A stretch of 64,000 nucleotides of DNA, from NCBI RefSeq assembly GCF_009914755.1, contig NC_060942.1. One strand, written 5' to 3'. The notes under the pieces are model-generated. The model did not search any database. It had not been told where the DNA came from and saw only the letters and a list, made by a program, of their open reading frames with translations. Below, piece by piece: positions 28,467-41,297 of the stretch (the stretch's first letter is position 1; each line of letters opens with the position of its first letter). The stretch comes from the human T2T-CHM13v2.0 reference genome, Homo sapiens. The translations under genes were made by a program, and so were the position numbers.

Positions 28467-28864
28467 TATTAAATAAAATTTAGCTTAAAGCTGTTTCCTT
28501 ACATATTATAAGTTCTGTCTAAAGGTTTCTACGTGCATAGTATACATGTCATTGAAAGTGTAAATGGACTATAACCTACTCTGATACCAATCACTGAGTT
28601 GTGGCCAATCAAAGGTGGCCAACTGCTCAAACCACATTCAAATATGGCAAATGCTGAGCTGTAACCAATCCCGTTGTTTCTGTACCTCATTTCTGTTTTC
28701 TCTCTGTCACTTTTCTTTTTCTTTCCATAAATCTTCTTCAACCACCTGGCAGTGCCAGAGTTTCTCTGAACCCATTCTGGCTTGGGGGATGCCTGATTCA
28801 TGAATCATTCTTTGCTCAATTAAACTCTGTTTAATTTAATTTGTCTAAGGTTTTTCTTTTAACA
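28467..28864 (+). mobile_element. ERV1 solo LTR (MER57-like) inserted into the 5' end of a MIR (MIR continues ~28869-29075)
   Basis: 'tattaaataaaatttagcttaaagctg...tttgctcaattaaactctg...cttttaaca', with several CCAAT boxes. 4-bp TSD GTAG at 28463-28466 and 28865-28868. Confidence 0.85.
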
Positions 28865-30121
28865 GTAGAGATAGGAGTACAACACACTTTGAGGTGTACA
28901 GGAGTGAGTTCAAATCCTAGCTCTGTTATTGGCTTGATTTCTCATCTTGAGCAAGGTACTTAGTTTCTCTGAGCCTTAGTTTCTGCACTTGTAAATGTGG
29001 AGAAGTGAAACACCAGACTTGAGAGGATGCTCTGCTATCTGAACGAGGTAATGGGAAAATGCTCGGCCAGTGTTGTAACTCAATCTTCTTATCCAACAGT
29101 GAGCCCCTTGGGCACCCAGACCCAGACTCGCCCTTCTAGTCTCACGTCTTGCACTCTCTGGCACATCTCATGTAGGCTCTGTTGCCTGTCATGTTTTCCA
29201 GTCCACAAATACCCTTGGCATGCTCTCATGTCTGTACTTGGTCCACATTATTCTAACGTGAATACATGAAACTTCTAATGACAGTGCAATCTTTCTAGAC
29301 AATCTCTGAAGGAGAAATGTTACTAGTCTGTGGTGAATATAAAAATAGGCTCATAGGGAAAAAAAACTGTGATTGAAGGTATAATTCTGCATTTTCTTGG
29401 GATATACATAAATAGCAAGTAGTCATTTTTTACTTAAAAAAAAAAAAGAAATCTACAGAAAGAAAATTTAGCTGTCTTTCTGTTGCTAACCTTCCAGGAG
29501 GCCTTGGTTCTCCTTTAAGGTTGAAGTTCGTTTGTGACAGGTTAGTGCTGCTCATTTTTGTGGCTTTCCAGAAGCCACCGTGGAAAAGGCAGAAGTCTTC
29601 CCCTCCCATTATGCTGAGTCAGACATGGCATCTACATGACTCATCACCAAGTGGTTCTCCAGAATTCACTTTGCTTGCTTTTCCCCAATCCAGATAATCC
29701 TCGGGACTGGTAGCCACCCAACTCACTCCTGCACACTGTTCTTCCTCTTTGGAGGCACCCACCATGCCTGTCTGATGCTGCCCCTCAAGGTCACATCGGA
29801 GTCTCCTGTACCTACCTTGTCTGTGGCTACCCAACTCTATACAATTTCTGAAGCTTTCATAACACCCAGATGGTCTATAATGTAATATGTGTTTAGATAA
29901 TCCTCAGGCCAAAATATCTTTCCAAAATTTAACTGTAAATCTGTCACTTCCATGGGTTATGTTAGTCTTTTCCATGTTCAAATGGCTATCTGAGCTCCTG
30001 GGGAGGGGAAGTCACTCCCGGAGTTCTCTTTCCATCATTCATAGTGTGAATCTCACCTTGGGCTGGGAGGAATTTGTGATGGGCATACAAGTGAGAAAAA
30101 GGGTGCAAAGGGGTGAGATGG

Positions 30122-30854
30122 TATGTTAGTCAGGGTTCTCTAGAGGGACAGAATTAATAGGATAGATGTATATACAAAGGGGAATGTATTAAGGAGTATT
30201 AACTCACGAGATCACAAGGTAAGGTTGCATAATAGGCCATCTGCAACCTGAGGAGCAAGGAAGCCAGTCCAAGTCCCAAAGCTGAAGGACCTTGAGTCCA
30301 ATGTTTGAGGGCAGGAAGCATCCAGCATATGGGAGAAAGATGTAGGCTTGGAGGCTAAGCCAGTCTAATCTTTTTTTTTTTTTTTGAGATGGAGTTGCCC
30401 TCTGTCACCCAGGCTGGAGTGCAGTGGCGTGATCTCAGCTCACTGCAACCTCCGCCTCCGCCTCGCAGTACCTGAGATTACAGGTGCATGCCAACACGGC
30501 TAATTCTTGTATTTTTAGTAGATACAGGGTTTCACCATGTTGGCCAGTTGGTCTGGAACGAACTCCTGACCTCAAGTGATCCGCCCACCTCAGCCTCCGA
30601 AAGTTCTGCGATTACAGGTGTGAGCCACTGTGCCTGGCCAAGCCTAATCTTTCCACGTTCTTCTGCTTGCTTTTATTCTAGTTACACTGTCAGCTGGTTA
30701 GATGGTGCCCTCCCAGATTGAAGGTAGATCTGCGTTTCCCAGTCCACTGACTCAAATGTTAATCTCCTTTGGCAACGCCTTCACAGACACACCCAGAATC
30801 AATACATTGCACCCTTCAATCCAATCAAGTTGACATCCAGTAGTAACCATCACA
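30122..30854 (-). mobile_element. HERV-L solo LTR (MLT2A1/A2) containing an Alu
   Basis: 'ttagtcagggttctctagagggacagaa'...'caatccaatcaagttgaca...taaccatcaca'. Perfect 5-bp TSD GATGG at 30117-30121 and 30855-30859. Confidence 0.92.
30371..30639 (-). mobile_element. AluS with internal deletion, nested in MLT2A
   Basis: Alu antisense sequence; TSD agtctaatcttt (30362-30373) / agcctaatcttt (30641-30652). Confidence 0.95.
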
Positions 30855-32150
30855 GATGGCTAATACGGGAGATATTCATGAAGGGTCTGGGAAGGGGATT
30901 TGGAAGAGATATGGACACAAAGGAAGGAGGAAAGAAAAGGGGAAGTGAGACGGGAACCAAACCAAACACCCTGTATTGCACAATTGAGCCTGGAGTTGGC
31001 CTGCTCGCCACAGAGCAGTCACAGGTTTTCAGGATGCTTTAGTGATAGCAGCCATCAGTACCTCTCATTAGGAGCAAAAGCCCTGATTGGTAATAGTATA
31101 TTCTACTTATTTAGAGAATAAAAGTTCCCTGTTAGAACCAGCCTTCTCAGAATGGCATTCAGCTTTTCAGAAAAGCACAGCACCAGCATATTTCTTATCT
31201 GCCTTGAAGGTTATAATAAATCCCTTCTTCTGTTAATTCATAAATCCTTCAGCCACATGCCATTTTGGGGCCATATGCTTTCTTTCCTCCCTCTAACCCT
31301 TGGAAAGATCTTTCATATCCAATCTCTGTAGATAATCTGAATGTGAAATCAGGTATGGTTATCTAATCCCTCTAATCAGAAGGTCAGCAGTTACCTGCAG
31401 CTTTTCCATCTGTCCTCCAGCTGAATGCTGCCATTTAGTAAATCAAAAATTGGTTACAAATTAGCAAAGCTGACTGGCTCAATGAAATCTAGCCTGGAGT
31501 CTTTGCTGGAAGGGGGGAAGTTTAAATATGGTTTGAAGGGAGATTTGAGGTGAACTCTATTTATCAAAGCCGTGGAGTAGCAGCATAAAAGATGAGAGAT
31601 GTTCTCCTGGGTAAAAATGTCAAATCACATGGGAAATGGGAATATTTCACATGGTGATTACTGAATTTTACAATTGTTCGCAAATTGATTCAGCCCAGAA
31701 ATCAACTGGGAAGTCTCCCACAGGTGTCTAGCACTCTGCAGGTATTAGCGTGATACAGGGTAAGTCTCAAAGTACAAAAAAAAACACACATGTGAAACAA
31801 TTTGCAAACAATGAAGTGCTAACCTGTGTGGTGTGAATTACAGATGCATTAGGACACCAGAAAAGGAAGAAAAGACAGTGGCAGCTGAAGACATTTCAGG
31901 AATGCTTCACTGAGAACCTAAGTCTTGTTCTGGGCCATAAAGAAAAGGGGAGGGTGTGGTTTCTATACCAGAGATAAGAAAGGAGAAAATTGGACGTGGA
32001 GGAAAGATATGAGTACCAATCCGAGCGAACAAGGAAGAGTGAGTAAATCTGTCCAGCTGGAGTTGGAGGTACATTCTGGAAAATGGTGAGAGAGGCTGTG
32101 TAGGGTAGGGGGACACGGAAAGATGGGCCAAGACATTTGGAGCTGATATT

Positions 32151-32522
32151 TGATATGGTTTGGCTGTGCCCCCACCCAAATCTCATCTTAAATTGTAATC
32201 CCCATAATCCCCACGTGTCGAGGGAGGGACCCGGTGGGAAGTGATTGGATCATGGGGGCAGTTTTCCCCATGGAATTCTCGTGATAGTGAGTGAGTTCTC
32301 ACGAGATCTCATGGTTTTACAAGCGTCTGGTATTTCACCTGATTGCACTTCTCTCTTCTGCCTCCTAGTGAAAAAGGTGCCTGCTTCTCCTTCTGCCATG
32401 ATTATAAGTTTCCTGAGGCTTCCCCAGCCATGCGTAACTGTAAGTCAATTAAACCTCCTTTGTTTATAAATTACCCAGTCTCAGATAGTATCCTTATCGC
32501 AGTGTGAGAATGGACTAATACA
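32151..32522 (+). mobile_element. THE1 solo LTR (THE1D-like)
   Basis: 'tgatatggtttggctgtg'...'ggactaataca'. Perfect 5-bp TSD ATATT at 32146-32150 and 32523-32527. Confidence 0.93.
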
Positions 32523-34552
32523 ATATTTAAATCAAAGGGACTCACTGATGTTTCTCAAAAATAATATAAGAGGAAAATATAGGTGGTGGTTTAGTGTCCA
32601 TCTACCTGGCCCCTAGGGTTGAGCCTGGGAAGCCAGGCCAGGAAGGGTTAGCATAACCATCTAGGCATGATTTAATGGGACTGACCTGTGATAGTGAGGT
32701 GGAGAGAATAGGCAATGTGACAGTGAAAAATATAAATGAAAACCAACAGGACTCCATCACAACAGAAAGAGGACTTTCCAACCTGCAGGGGAGAAAAAGG
32801 TTGTGCCTCTGGCCATCAGGAGCATTAATTGTAATGTCTCCATTTCAGCCAAACTGCTGTGCACACACATGAAGCCTGGGCCCCCTTTAACAGCAAGGGG
32901 TCTGTTGTTCCCCTCCTTGTGCAGGTGGGTTCAGCTAGTCAAATCGAGGTCTTGATGTAGCCTGGGGCTGCCACTCTCTGTGGAGCCGGATGGGCCTGAC
33001 GGGTAGACAGGTGCTGGTGGTGATATAGGAGCCTCGGTGGTCTGAGATTTAACAGTCCTGGCTTTCTGTGTTTCAGACTTTGGGGCTCCCTGGCCACTTG
33101 CACTAGGTTTAAGGCACAAATTTGAATTGTATGTGCTGAGAGCCAGGTGTAAAAGTTCTGGCAGTGATGAGCTTGAGTGTGGACCTAGCTGACCACCTAG
33201 CATTTGCATCTCAGAATAGCTGAGGGTTTCCTTTCTTATCATTTTACTGTACATAGTAACTCTTATTGAAGGTCTGAAGGGGCACTGAATTTTTTTCTTT
33301 TAGAATTTTCTGTATTTTATGTCAGAAACGATATGCTAAACTATGATTTGTAAATCTAGGTAATAATAAACATCTCTGAACATATTCATGAATATGAAAG
33401 AAGCAGTAGAATCATGTTGGGGCCTGAGCCTGTTCAGTCTAGGTGTTGCCAAGATGTGTGGGAGGGGAGATGTGGGAAGAGGCAGGGCAGATGGCAGTCA
33501 GGGATGCAAGGTCAGGAATTCTACTAAGCTGGAGAGTGGGCAGGCAGCTTAGGAGAATGGTAAATCAAGAGGAAGAGAGTTTCTTTGCCTGCAGCTGTAG
33601 GTCTAGAGCTACCTTTTATGGCAGCGTTCACTCATATAGGTAAGATAAGTGAGGGGCCAGCAACGGCTCCTTTGGAGCCAAGATTGGGCCCCTGCCATTG
33701 ATGAGTTTTCTGAGCTAGTGACAGAGGCAGTTCTTCTTTCTCAATGTGGCCTGGGGTTTTTGAGGCTGTCAGAGAGAAACTGAATTCTTAAATCCCCAGG
33801 GCCATCACTGTCTTATTTGGTCCCTGCAGCTGGGGCTGAAGGCTCTGAAATGGGGCATGTAACTAGGGCTCCTATTCCCCTTAGCAGTCATTTTCACACT
33901 TGCAAAAAATGATGTATTTTCTCAGGCGGGTATGTGGCTGCCTGTAGCAGCCTTCAGCTAAATGAAAGCATTTTCTTGGTCTCTGGGGAACCAGATGCTG
34001 ACAGATGGACTTCCAGGATTTAAAATTTCCTAGGTTTGTTATTTGAACCTAACAAAAGAGAAAAATCCATCCTGGATACAATTAGAGCATTTTTTTCTTT
34101 GTCTTACCCTCCCACCCCCAGTGAAATAGAGAAACATGAAGGACATACTTTTTAGTGCTGTTATTGGTCATTTTAAGCTCAGTGTGGGTGAAATGATATC
34201 TGATAACAAATAAGAAGTTTGTGTGTGTCCTTTCAGCTCTCCGAAAAGGTTATAATGTCATGAGTATACTCTGTGCAAGAAGGAAATTCTCAGTATATTC
34301 AAATAAAGGACAATTTTACTGTGATACATCATGCAGTTAGGCTTCTGTGCAGGCTAGAAGCTCCCAGAGGAAAGCAGTTTCCGAGCAACTACCACTGACT
34401 GGGAAGGGCACTTTGACCCTGAGGGGTATAGCAGAAGAGTGTACACATTTTCATTATGCAGCTTCATAAACAGGGTGTCTTTCCTATAGGTATGTGGTAA
34501 TCAGTTGTGAGCTGTGTCCTCCCAATCTTGTTACTAATAAAAACTGGTATAC

Positions 34553-34790
34553 TTTTAAAATTAACTTTGTTGACTTATATTTGCCTACAGTAAAATTTAC
34601 TAATTTTATAAGTGCAATTCGATGAGTTTTGACAAATGTGTACAGTCTTGTAATCTCTACCATAACCAAGATTTAGACTATTTCCATCACCCTAAAATGT
34701 TCCCCTTTGCCATTTTATAATCAATCTCCTCCATTCCCTCTACTCTGTGGCAACCACTGTTCTGATTTCTATCACCATAGTTTTGTCTTT
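34553..34790 (-). mobile_element. L1MB/L1ME 3' end fragment
   Basis: 'gatgagttttgacaaatgtgtacag...tttccatcaccctaaaa...caaccactgttctgatttctatcaccatag'. Confidence 0.75.
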
Positions 34791-35457
34791 GTTTCCCCTT
34801 TACTGTGTTTCTGAACTTACCTTCTAGGTAATTACCACACTGTTTCTATAACTATACTGATATTACTTATCCCGTTTTTGCCAAGTCTTTGACTTTAGAA
34901 CCACTAAGTCTCTTTAAAGTAACTTGTAGGTTTCCACTTTGATCCATAACATGTGATCCATACATGATTGTAGTTTAATTCTCATTTCCTCCCCACTCCC
35001 CAGTTTCTTAGTTGAGGGTACCTCATTGTCACCTTTATTTATACTTCAAAAGTTGTGAAAGGAGATCATACATATGCTGGGAGGCAGGGTGGGGTCAAGA
35101 GGAGGGGAAAACTAGCAAGAGGCTGAGTGGAGAAGTAAGTGTGGCCTCACAAGAGGGGCGAGCATCACTGATGGAGCAGATCCTGGAGGAAGGAAGATGG
35201 AATATGCTATTGGCCTGTTGACAATTGGTGGGTGGGTAAGGGATGTGATAAAGACACATCTTCCTAGACAGCAACTCAGGATAGATAGATATTGTCAACA
35301 GGTTAACCTGGAGGTGAAGAAAATGCCAGCAAGTCATGTGATGACAATGACTAGAATGGATAGTCAGGGATGCTAAGGAGTGTGCTGGAGGTTTACAGAT
35401 ACTGGAGTAGATGTAGCACAGCAATGGCTTAGTTTAAAGAAATAAATTGCTAAGGGG

Positions 35458-35921
35458 TATAGCAGATCAGTCAGAGTTGTGGGAGAAGCTATAGGGAAAG
35501 GAACAGGCCTTCTGAAAGGTTGGAAGGCTCTGCATAGCTTTAGAGGAGAATAAGCTGAAGGCAGCTGTTCTCTGACCTTGATGCAGAGGGTGAAGAAATA
35601 GGTACAAGGGTGTGTAGGGGAATTTATCTTAAATAGGCTTGTTTACTTATGTTGTCTGGAAACTGACGTTTGATCATCTGCATGCGTGACTGCTCCCTGA
35701 AAGGGGGAACAATAATGTTAATTACCTGCAGATTGTGTTTGCTCCAGGCTTTAGACATTATGTCTGTACTGAATAAAAGCAAGCAGCTCCAGCTGTTCAG
35801 GACGACTCACTCTTCTGCCACTAGTGCTGGGCAGTCCCCTAGCTGCTCTTACACTGCATACCTGTGTCTGAGTACTCCTTTCATCCCTCACTTGGCCAGG
35901 GTCTATGGGACAGACCTGGCA
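35458..35921 (+). mobile_element. HERV-K(HML-5) solo LTR (LTR22 family)
   Basis: 'ggagaagctatagggaaagg', 'ctgaataaaagcaagcagctccagc', end 'cagggtctatgggacagacctggca'. 6-bp TSD AAGGGG at 35452-35457 and 35922-35927, the length expected for a betaretroviral integrase. Confidence 0.88.
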
Positions 35922-36019
35922 AAGGGGCATTCAGGGGACAGTTGCTCCTTTAGGTACCACTTGGGTACCATTTTCTGTGGGTGCTTCTTTGGTCAGGTGG
36001 ATCCTTAGTCCTGCTCAAA

Positions 36020-36416
36020 TAAATTTTTTATTAAAATTTTTTCACACCTAAGGAAAAGTTTCCAGAATATTACATTGTACTCCCATATTCCTTCACTTAA
36101 ATGCAATCCGTTGTTAACATCTTGCCACATTTGCTTTATCTCTTTCTCTTTTACATAAAACATCCACAATATTTATTCTCATAACTATTATAATCTTGAT
36201 GATTATTATGTTATTATCATCTTGCTCTACCATTTGAGAGTAATTTGCAGAGGTCACGACTCTTCATCCCTTCAGCATACAGCTCATAAGAACACAAACC
36301 TTTTCTTTTTTTTTTTTGCTTACATAACCACACAGTAAAATTCATCAAATTAAAAAAATTAACATTGATACAATGGTACTACCTAACACATAGTTCATAT
36401 TCAATTTTGTCCAATT
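36020..36416 (-). mobile_element. L1MC-type 3' end fragment
   Basis: 'ttgttaacatcttgccacatttgctttatctct', 'accatttgagagtaatttgcaga', 'aaaattaacattgatacaat'. Confidence 0.7.
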
Positions 36417-36487
36417 AAAGGGGCTTGCATTTTAAATGATTTTCTTAGAGACCAAAATAGATTAATGACTCAAGAAATGATGCTTTT

Positions 36488-37625
36488 GTGGCCAAGAAAC
36501 AGGAAAAAATGCTCACATCACCAATCATCAGAAAAATGCAAATCAAAACTAAAGTGAAATATCATCTCACACTAGTGAGAATGCTATCATTAAAAAGTCA
36601 AAAAACAAGGCTGTGCTCAGTGGCTCACGCCTGTAATCCCAGCACTTCGGGAGGCCGAGGTGGGTGGATCACTTGAGGCCAGGAGTTCTAAACCAGCTTG
36701 GCCAACATGGCAAAACCTCATCTTTACAAAAAAATATACAAATTACCTGGGTGTGGTGATGCATGCCTGTAATCCTAGGTACTTGGGAGGCTGAGGAGGG
36801 AGAATCACTTGAACATTTGAACCTGGCAGAGGTTTCAGTGAGCCAAGATCACACCACTGCACTCCAGCCCAGGCAACAGAGCAAGACTCTGTCTCAAAAT
36901 AAATAAATAAATACAAATAAATAAAATGGAAAGTCAAAAAACAGCAGATGTTGGCGAGGCTGTGGAGAAATGGGAATGCTTATACACTGTTGGTGGGAAT
37001 GCAAACTAGTTCAGTCACCATGGAAAGAGTTTAGAGATTTCTCAAAGAACTTAAAATAAAACTATCATTCCAGCCAGCAATCCCAGTACTGGGTACATAC
37101 CCAAAGGAAAATAATTTATTCTATCAAAAAGACACGTGCATTCGTATGTTCATTGCAGCATTATCCACAATAGGGAAGACATGGAATCAACCTAGGTGCC
37201 TACCAACAAGGGATTGGATAAGGAAAATGTGGAACATATTCACCATGGAATACTGTGTAGATTTAAAGAAGAAAATCGTAATATGCAGCAACATGGATAG
37301 AGCTGGAGGTCATTATACGAAGTAAACTAACACAGGAACAGAAAACCAAATACCACGTGTTCTCACTTATAAGCAGTAGCTAAACACTGGATACACATGA
37401 ACATAAAGATGGGAACATTAGACACTGGGGACCACTAGAAGTCAAGGGAAGAGAGAGAGGCATGGGCTAAAGAACTATCTGTTGGGTACTGTGCTTACTG
37501 CCTGGGTGACTGGATTACGGGGACTCCAAGCCTTAGCATCACACAATTTAACCCCATGTAACCTGTGTGTGTGCCCGTTAATCAATAATAAAAGTTGAAA
37601 TTAACTTAAAAAAAGAATAAAAACA
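36488..37625 (+). mobile_element. 5'-truncated L1 (late L1PA/L1PB-type) 3' end, interrupted by an Alu
   Basis: ORF2 C-terminal remnant 'IIRKMQIKTKVKYHLTLVRM', 3'UTR, AATAAA and A-rich tail at ~37587-37625. Confidence 0.88.
36609..36929 (+). mobile_element. Full-length Alu (AluJb/early AluS) with (TAAA)n tail
   Basis: Dimeric Alu; perfect 14-bp TSD AAAGTCAAAAAACA at 36594-36607 and 36930-36943. Confidence 0.96.
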
Positions 37626-38528
37626 CAAAACAAATCAATGTATTTGTAACTATTTGTAATAAACAGTTCATTGCTCTATTAAAAATAATGCTTTGGGGAG
37701 CACTAATTGATGGGGGTTGCTATTTGAGAGCAGAGGGGTAGCTATTGACCACATTTGAACTAGTCTTGTAGAAAGTGTGCAAAATGTGTTTAGGTGACCT
37801 GAAGTATTTGTATATTGGTTAAAAAATCATTTGCCTATTTTTCATTTTTTATTTTCAGCTTTAGGGACCCTGCTGGTACTGAGTGAACAAGCCCAGGCCA
37901 TTAGCTATTTGGAGCACTTCATCTCAGCACCATTTCTCTGGCGACTTGTAACAGGCAGGGCTATACAAAAGAAAATCCTTTTTACTACCCCAATTCATAT
38001 CAATCAAAGACCAAGGAAAGGCTCCTAATATCTTTTTAAAATGTTTTCATTTATCTTGGAGTTTACTTGTCATAAAAACCGCATGTTTAAAGTGTCCATT
38101 GGGTGTAAATGGTCCCATAAACTCTTGTAACTGAGTGACACGTGATAATGAAAGTAGCTTCACAAAGAACAACAAAATAGATCTCTTTTTTATTGTAATC
38201 ATCAAATAGTGTGCCCCAAGGTATTGATTGAATTATACATAAAGCTGATATGGAGCTATAAAAAGGATGATAGCATGCTGCTTCAAAACAAACCACAAAC
38301 AGATTAGCCTTTGAGAAATAACCTTAATTCCAACAACATTCACAACCTTTGCTGGATGAATCACAAAACAAAAATATTTCTGGAAGAAGATATTTCCTGT
38401 ATATATGTAAACTAAAAGTGCACTCTGAGAAATTTTATCAGCCAAAAGGTAGAATTGTGTATTCAAACAAGGAAGAGACATATTTACTTATGAGGCAAGA
38501 CTAAATACACAGGAGAATATCTGGTATC

Positions 38529-39043
38529 TAATAGTCCAGGTGAAATCCAGAGTTTCACTTTTTGTGGTTTCTGAAGTCAACCACAATCTAAAAACATATG
38601 GAAAATTCCAGAAATAAACAATACATACGTTTTAAATTGGGCGCCATTCTGAATAGCATGATGAAATTTCCCATTCTGCCCAGCACATGAATGATCCCTT
38701 TGTCCAGCATGCAGGCTGTAGACACTCACTGCCCATTAATCACTTAGGAACTGTCTGGGTTATCAGATCAGCTGTCATGGTACTGCAGTTTCTGTGTTCA
38801 AGTAACCTTTATTTGACCTAATGATAGCCCCAAGCCACAGTAGTAGTGATGCTGTAATATTATTATAATTATTAGTTATTGTTGTTAATCTCTTATTGTG
38901 TGTAATTTATAAATTACATTTTATTATAGGTGTGTAAGTATAGTAAAAAAGTAGTATATACAGGATTCATTACAAGCTGTAGTTTCAGGCATCCACTTGG
39001 GGTCTTGGAATGTATCCCTCTTGGATAAGAGGGAACTACTGTA
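38529..39043 (+). mobile_element. MER44-type (Tigger7 family) non-autonomous DNA transposon
   Basis: 'atggaaaattccagaaataaacaa', 'tatcagatcagctgtc', right TIR 'ggataagagggaactactg' followed by TA. Confidence 0.85.
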
Positions 39044-39959
39044 TCTTGATAAGATGCTGTAATGAAGTTGTTAGTATTCAGAGAAGCTCAAGTTCTGGAA
39101 AAATCTAGGGAAGACTTTGTGGAGAAAGGTGGTTTGACCTGGGTATCTGCTTTTATATATTTTCTACCTGAAATGTTAAACTGTTTTAAAGAAATAAATT
39201 ATTTATTTTCTTTGAATTTTCCAGTTTAAATTGATTGAATGGTGGACTGGGCAAGATATTGGAATTTGGAATTCTGTTTTTTGTGTTTTTTTTTGTTTTT
39301 GTATTTTTTTTTTACTGGTTCATTTCCCTCCAGATAAGGTAACTCTTTAAACATCCTTATCTGCAAGGAATATTGTGGAATGGAAAACATACTATTACTC
39401 ACATTTTTCTTCAGTTTACATTTTATTCTTGTGATGTGCCCCGTGTTTTTTTGTCTTCATGCCTCTGCTCATGTATTTTATTCCTGCTGGAATTCACTTT
39501 TTCTCACTTCTATGTGTGCAAATCCTACCCTTCTGTCCTCTTCAGTGAGAAGGCTCCCCTGAATACCCTAACTGGGAATTTTTTTAGAAAATTCTTTTCT
39601 AATTCTTTCACCTTTCTTAATGTCTCTGAATACTTTTAACTGTCCCTCTCTTATCGCCCTTACCAGCTTCTATTTGGTATGGTGGGTATGAATTAAATAT
39701 GCTTCCTATTCCTTCTGGCCTATAGACCTCTCAAAGAAAGAACTTGAACATATTCTTTGATGAACAAATTTTTGGTGCCAAACTTGTGAAATTATTAATG
39801 AGCATTGCAGATTCAGATTCAAAGCATAACAGTCATGTCAACTCATCTTTTCAATGAATTATTCTACAATACATTAAAAAAAATGCTGTCCTATCTGATA
39901 TTTTCACAATCTGTTCTATAATTTTAAAGGTACCTTAGGGTTTTTCTTTGAAGGCAGAT

Positions 39960-41297
39960 CCACATGTATATGGTTAATTTATTTTTTACAGAGGTGCCAA
40001 AGAAATTCAATGGGGAAAGGATAATTTTTTTCAACAAATAGTGCTGAAATAATTGGATAGCTATCTGTAAAAGAAAAAAAAAGGAACCTCAATCCTTGTC
40101 TCACACCGTATGGAAAAATTAACTTGAAATATGTTTTATTCTTAAATATGAGCTAAAGGTATAAAACATTAAAAATAAAACACAGGAAAACATCTTAGTG
40201 ACTTACAGTTTAGTAAATATTTCTTAAAGACAATACAAAGGCACAATCTACAAAAATTATTGATGTATTGGACTTCATCAAAATTAAAAACATTTGCTGT
40301 TCAAAATACACTGTCATAAAAAGGATAATACAAAGGCCCACTTTGGGAAAAACATAGTAAAACATATATAGAAAAAAGAACTTGCATCTAGAATATATAA
40401 AGTGCTCATACAACTAAATAAGAGGAAGACAAAACACCCAATTTAAAAAAATGGGTGAAGAATTTTAGAGACACTTCACCATAGAAGATGTTCAAATGGC
40501 AAATAGTCATAATATTATTAGTCACTAGGAAAATACACATTAAAAGCCATAGTGAGATACCACTACACTCTGTTGTAATAACTAAAATAAGAAGACTGAG
40601 AGTACCAAGTGTTAACAACAATGTGGAACAACTGGAACTCTCCTATATTGCTGGTTGGAACGTAAGATGGTATAACTATTTTGAAAAGCAGTGTGAGAGT
40701 TTTTTAAAAAGTTAAAAATCTACCTCTCGTAAGACCTATTATTCTACTCTTGAGTATTTAACCATAAAAAAAAAGAACATAGATTCATACAAAGCTTTCA
40801 TATTAATTTTTATATAGCTTTGTTTTCAGTAACCCTAAATTGGAAACATCCTAAATATCCGTCAACAGTTGAATGCATAAACATATTGTGGTATAGTCAT
40901 ACAAAGGAATAATCTTTAGCAACGAAAATGAGTAGACTATTGATACATTCAACAACATTGCTAAATCTTAAAATAACTATGTTGCATGGAAGATGTCAGA
41001 TTTAAAAATGCATACATATTGTATGACTCCATTTATATGATGTTCTAGGAAATGAGCACTAATTAGAAAAAAACAGATCAGTGATTGCCTGCAGGTGGGA
41101 TGAAAAACAGGAGAAAAGAATTTCAAATAATTACAAGGAAACTTTGGAGGTGAGGATTTTGGGTTGCTTATTTTTTTTATTGTGATGGTGATTTCACAGT
41201 GATGAATGTATGTTAAAATTAATCAAATTGTATACTTTAGACATAATGCTTTTTTTGTGTGTGGGGATGTCAATTTTACTTCAATAAAGATGTTAAG
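39960..41297 (+). mobile_element. 5'-truncated ancient L1 (L1ME/L1MD-type) ORF2 end plus 3'UTR
   Basis: 'aattcaatggggaaaggataa...ttcaacaaatagtgctg', 'caactggaactctcctatattgctggt', ending 'ttacttcaataaagatgtt'. Confidence 0.85.

Noticed and set aside
33202-33216. Octamer ATTTGCAT as a possible OCT4-SOX2 composite
   Set aside because: The adjacent SOX half-site is poor, and octamers occur several times in the window, including inside L1.
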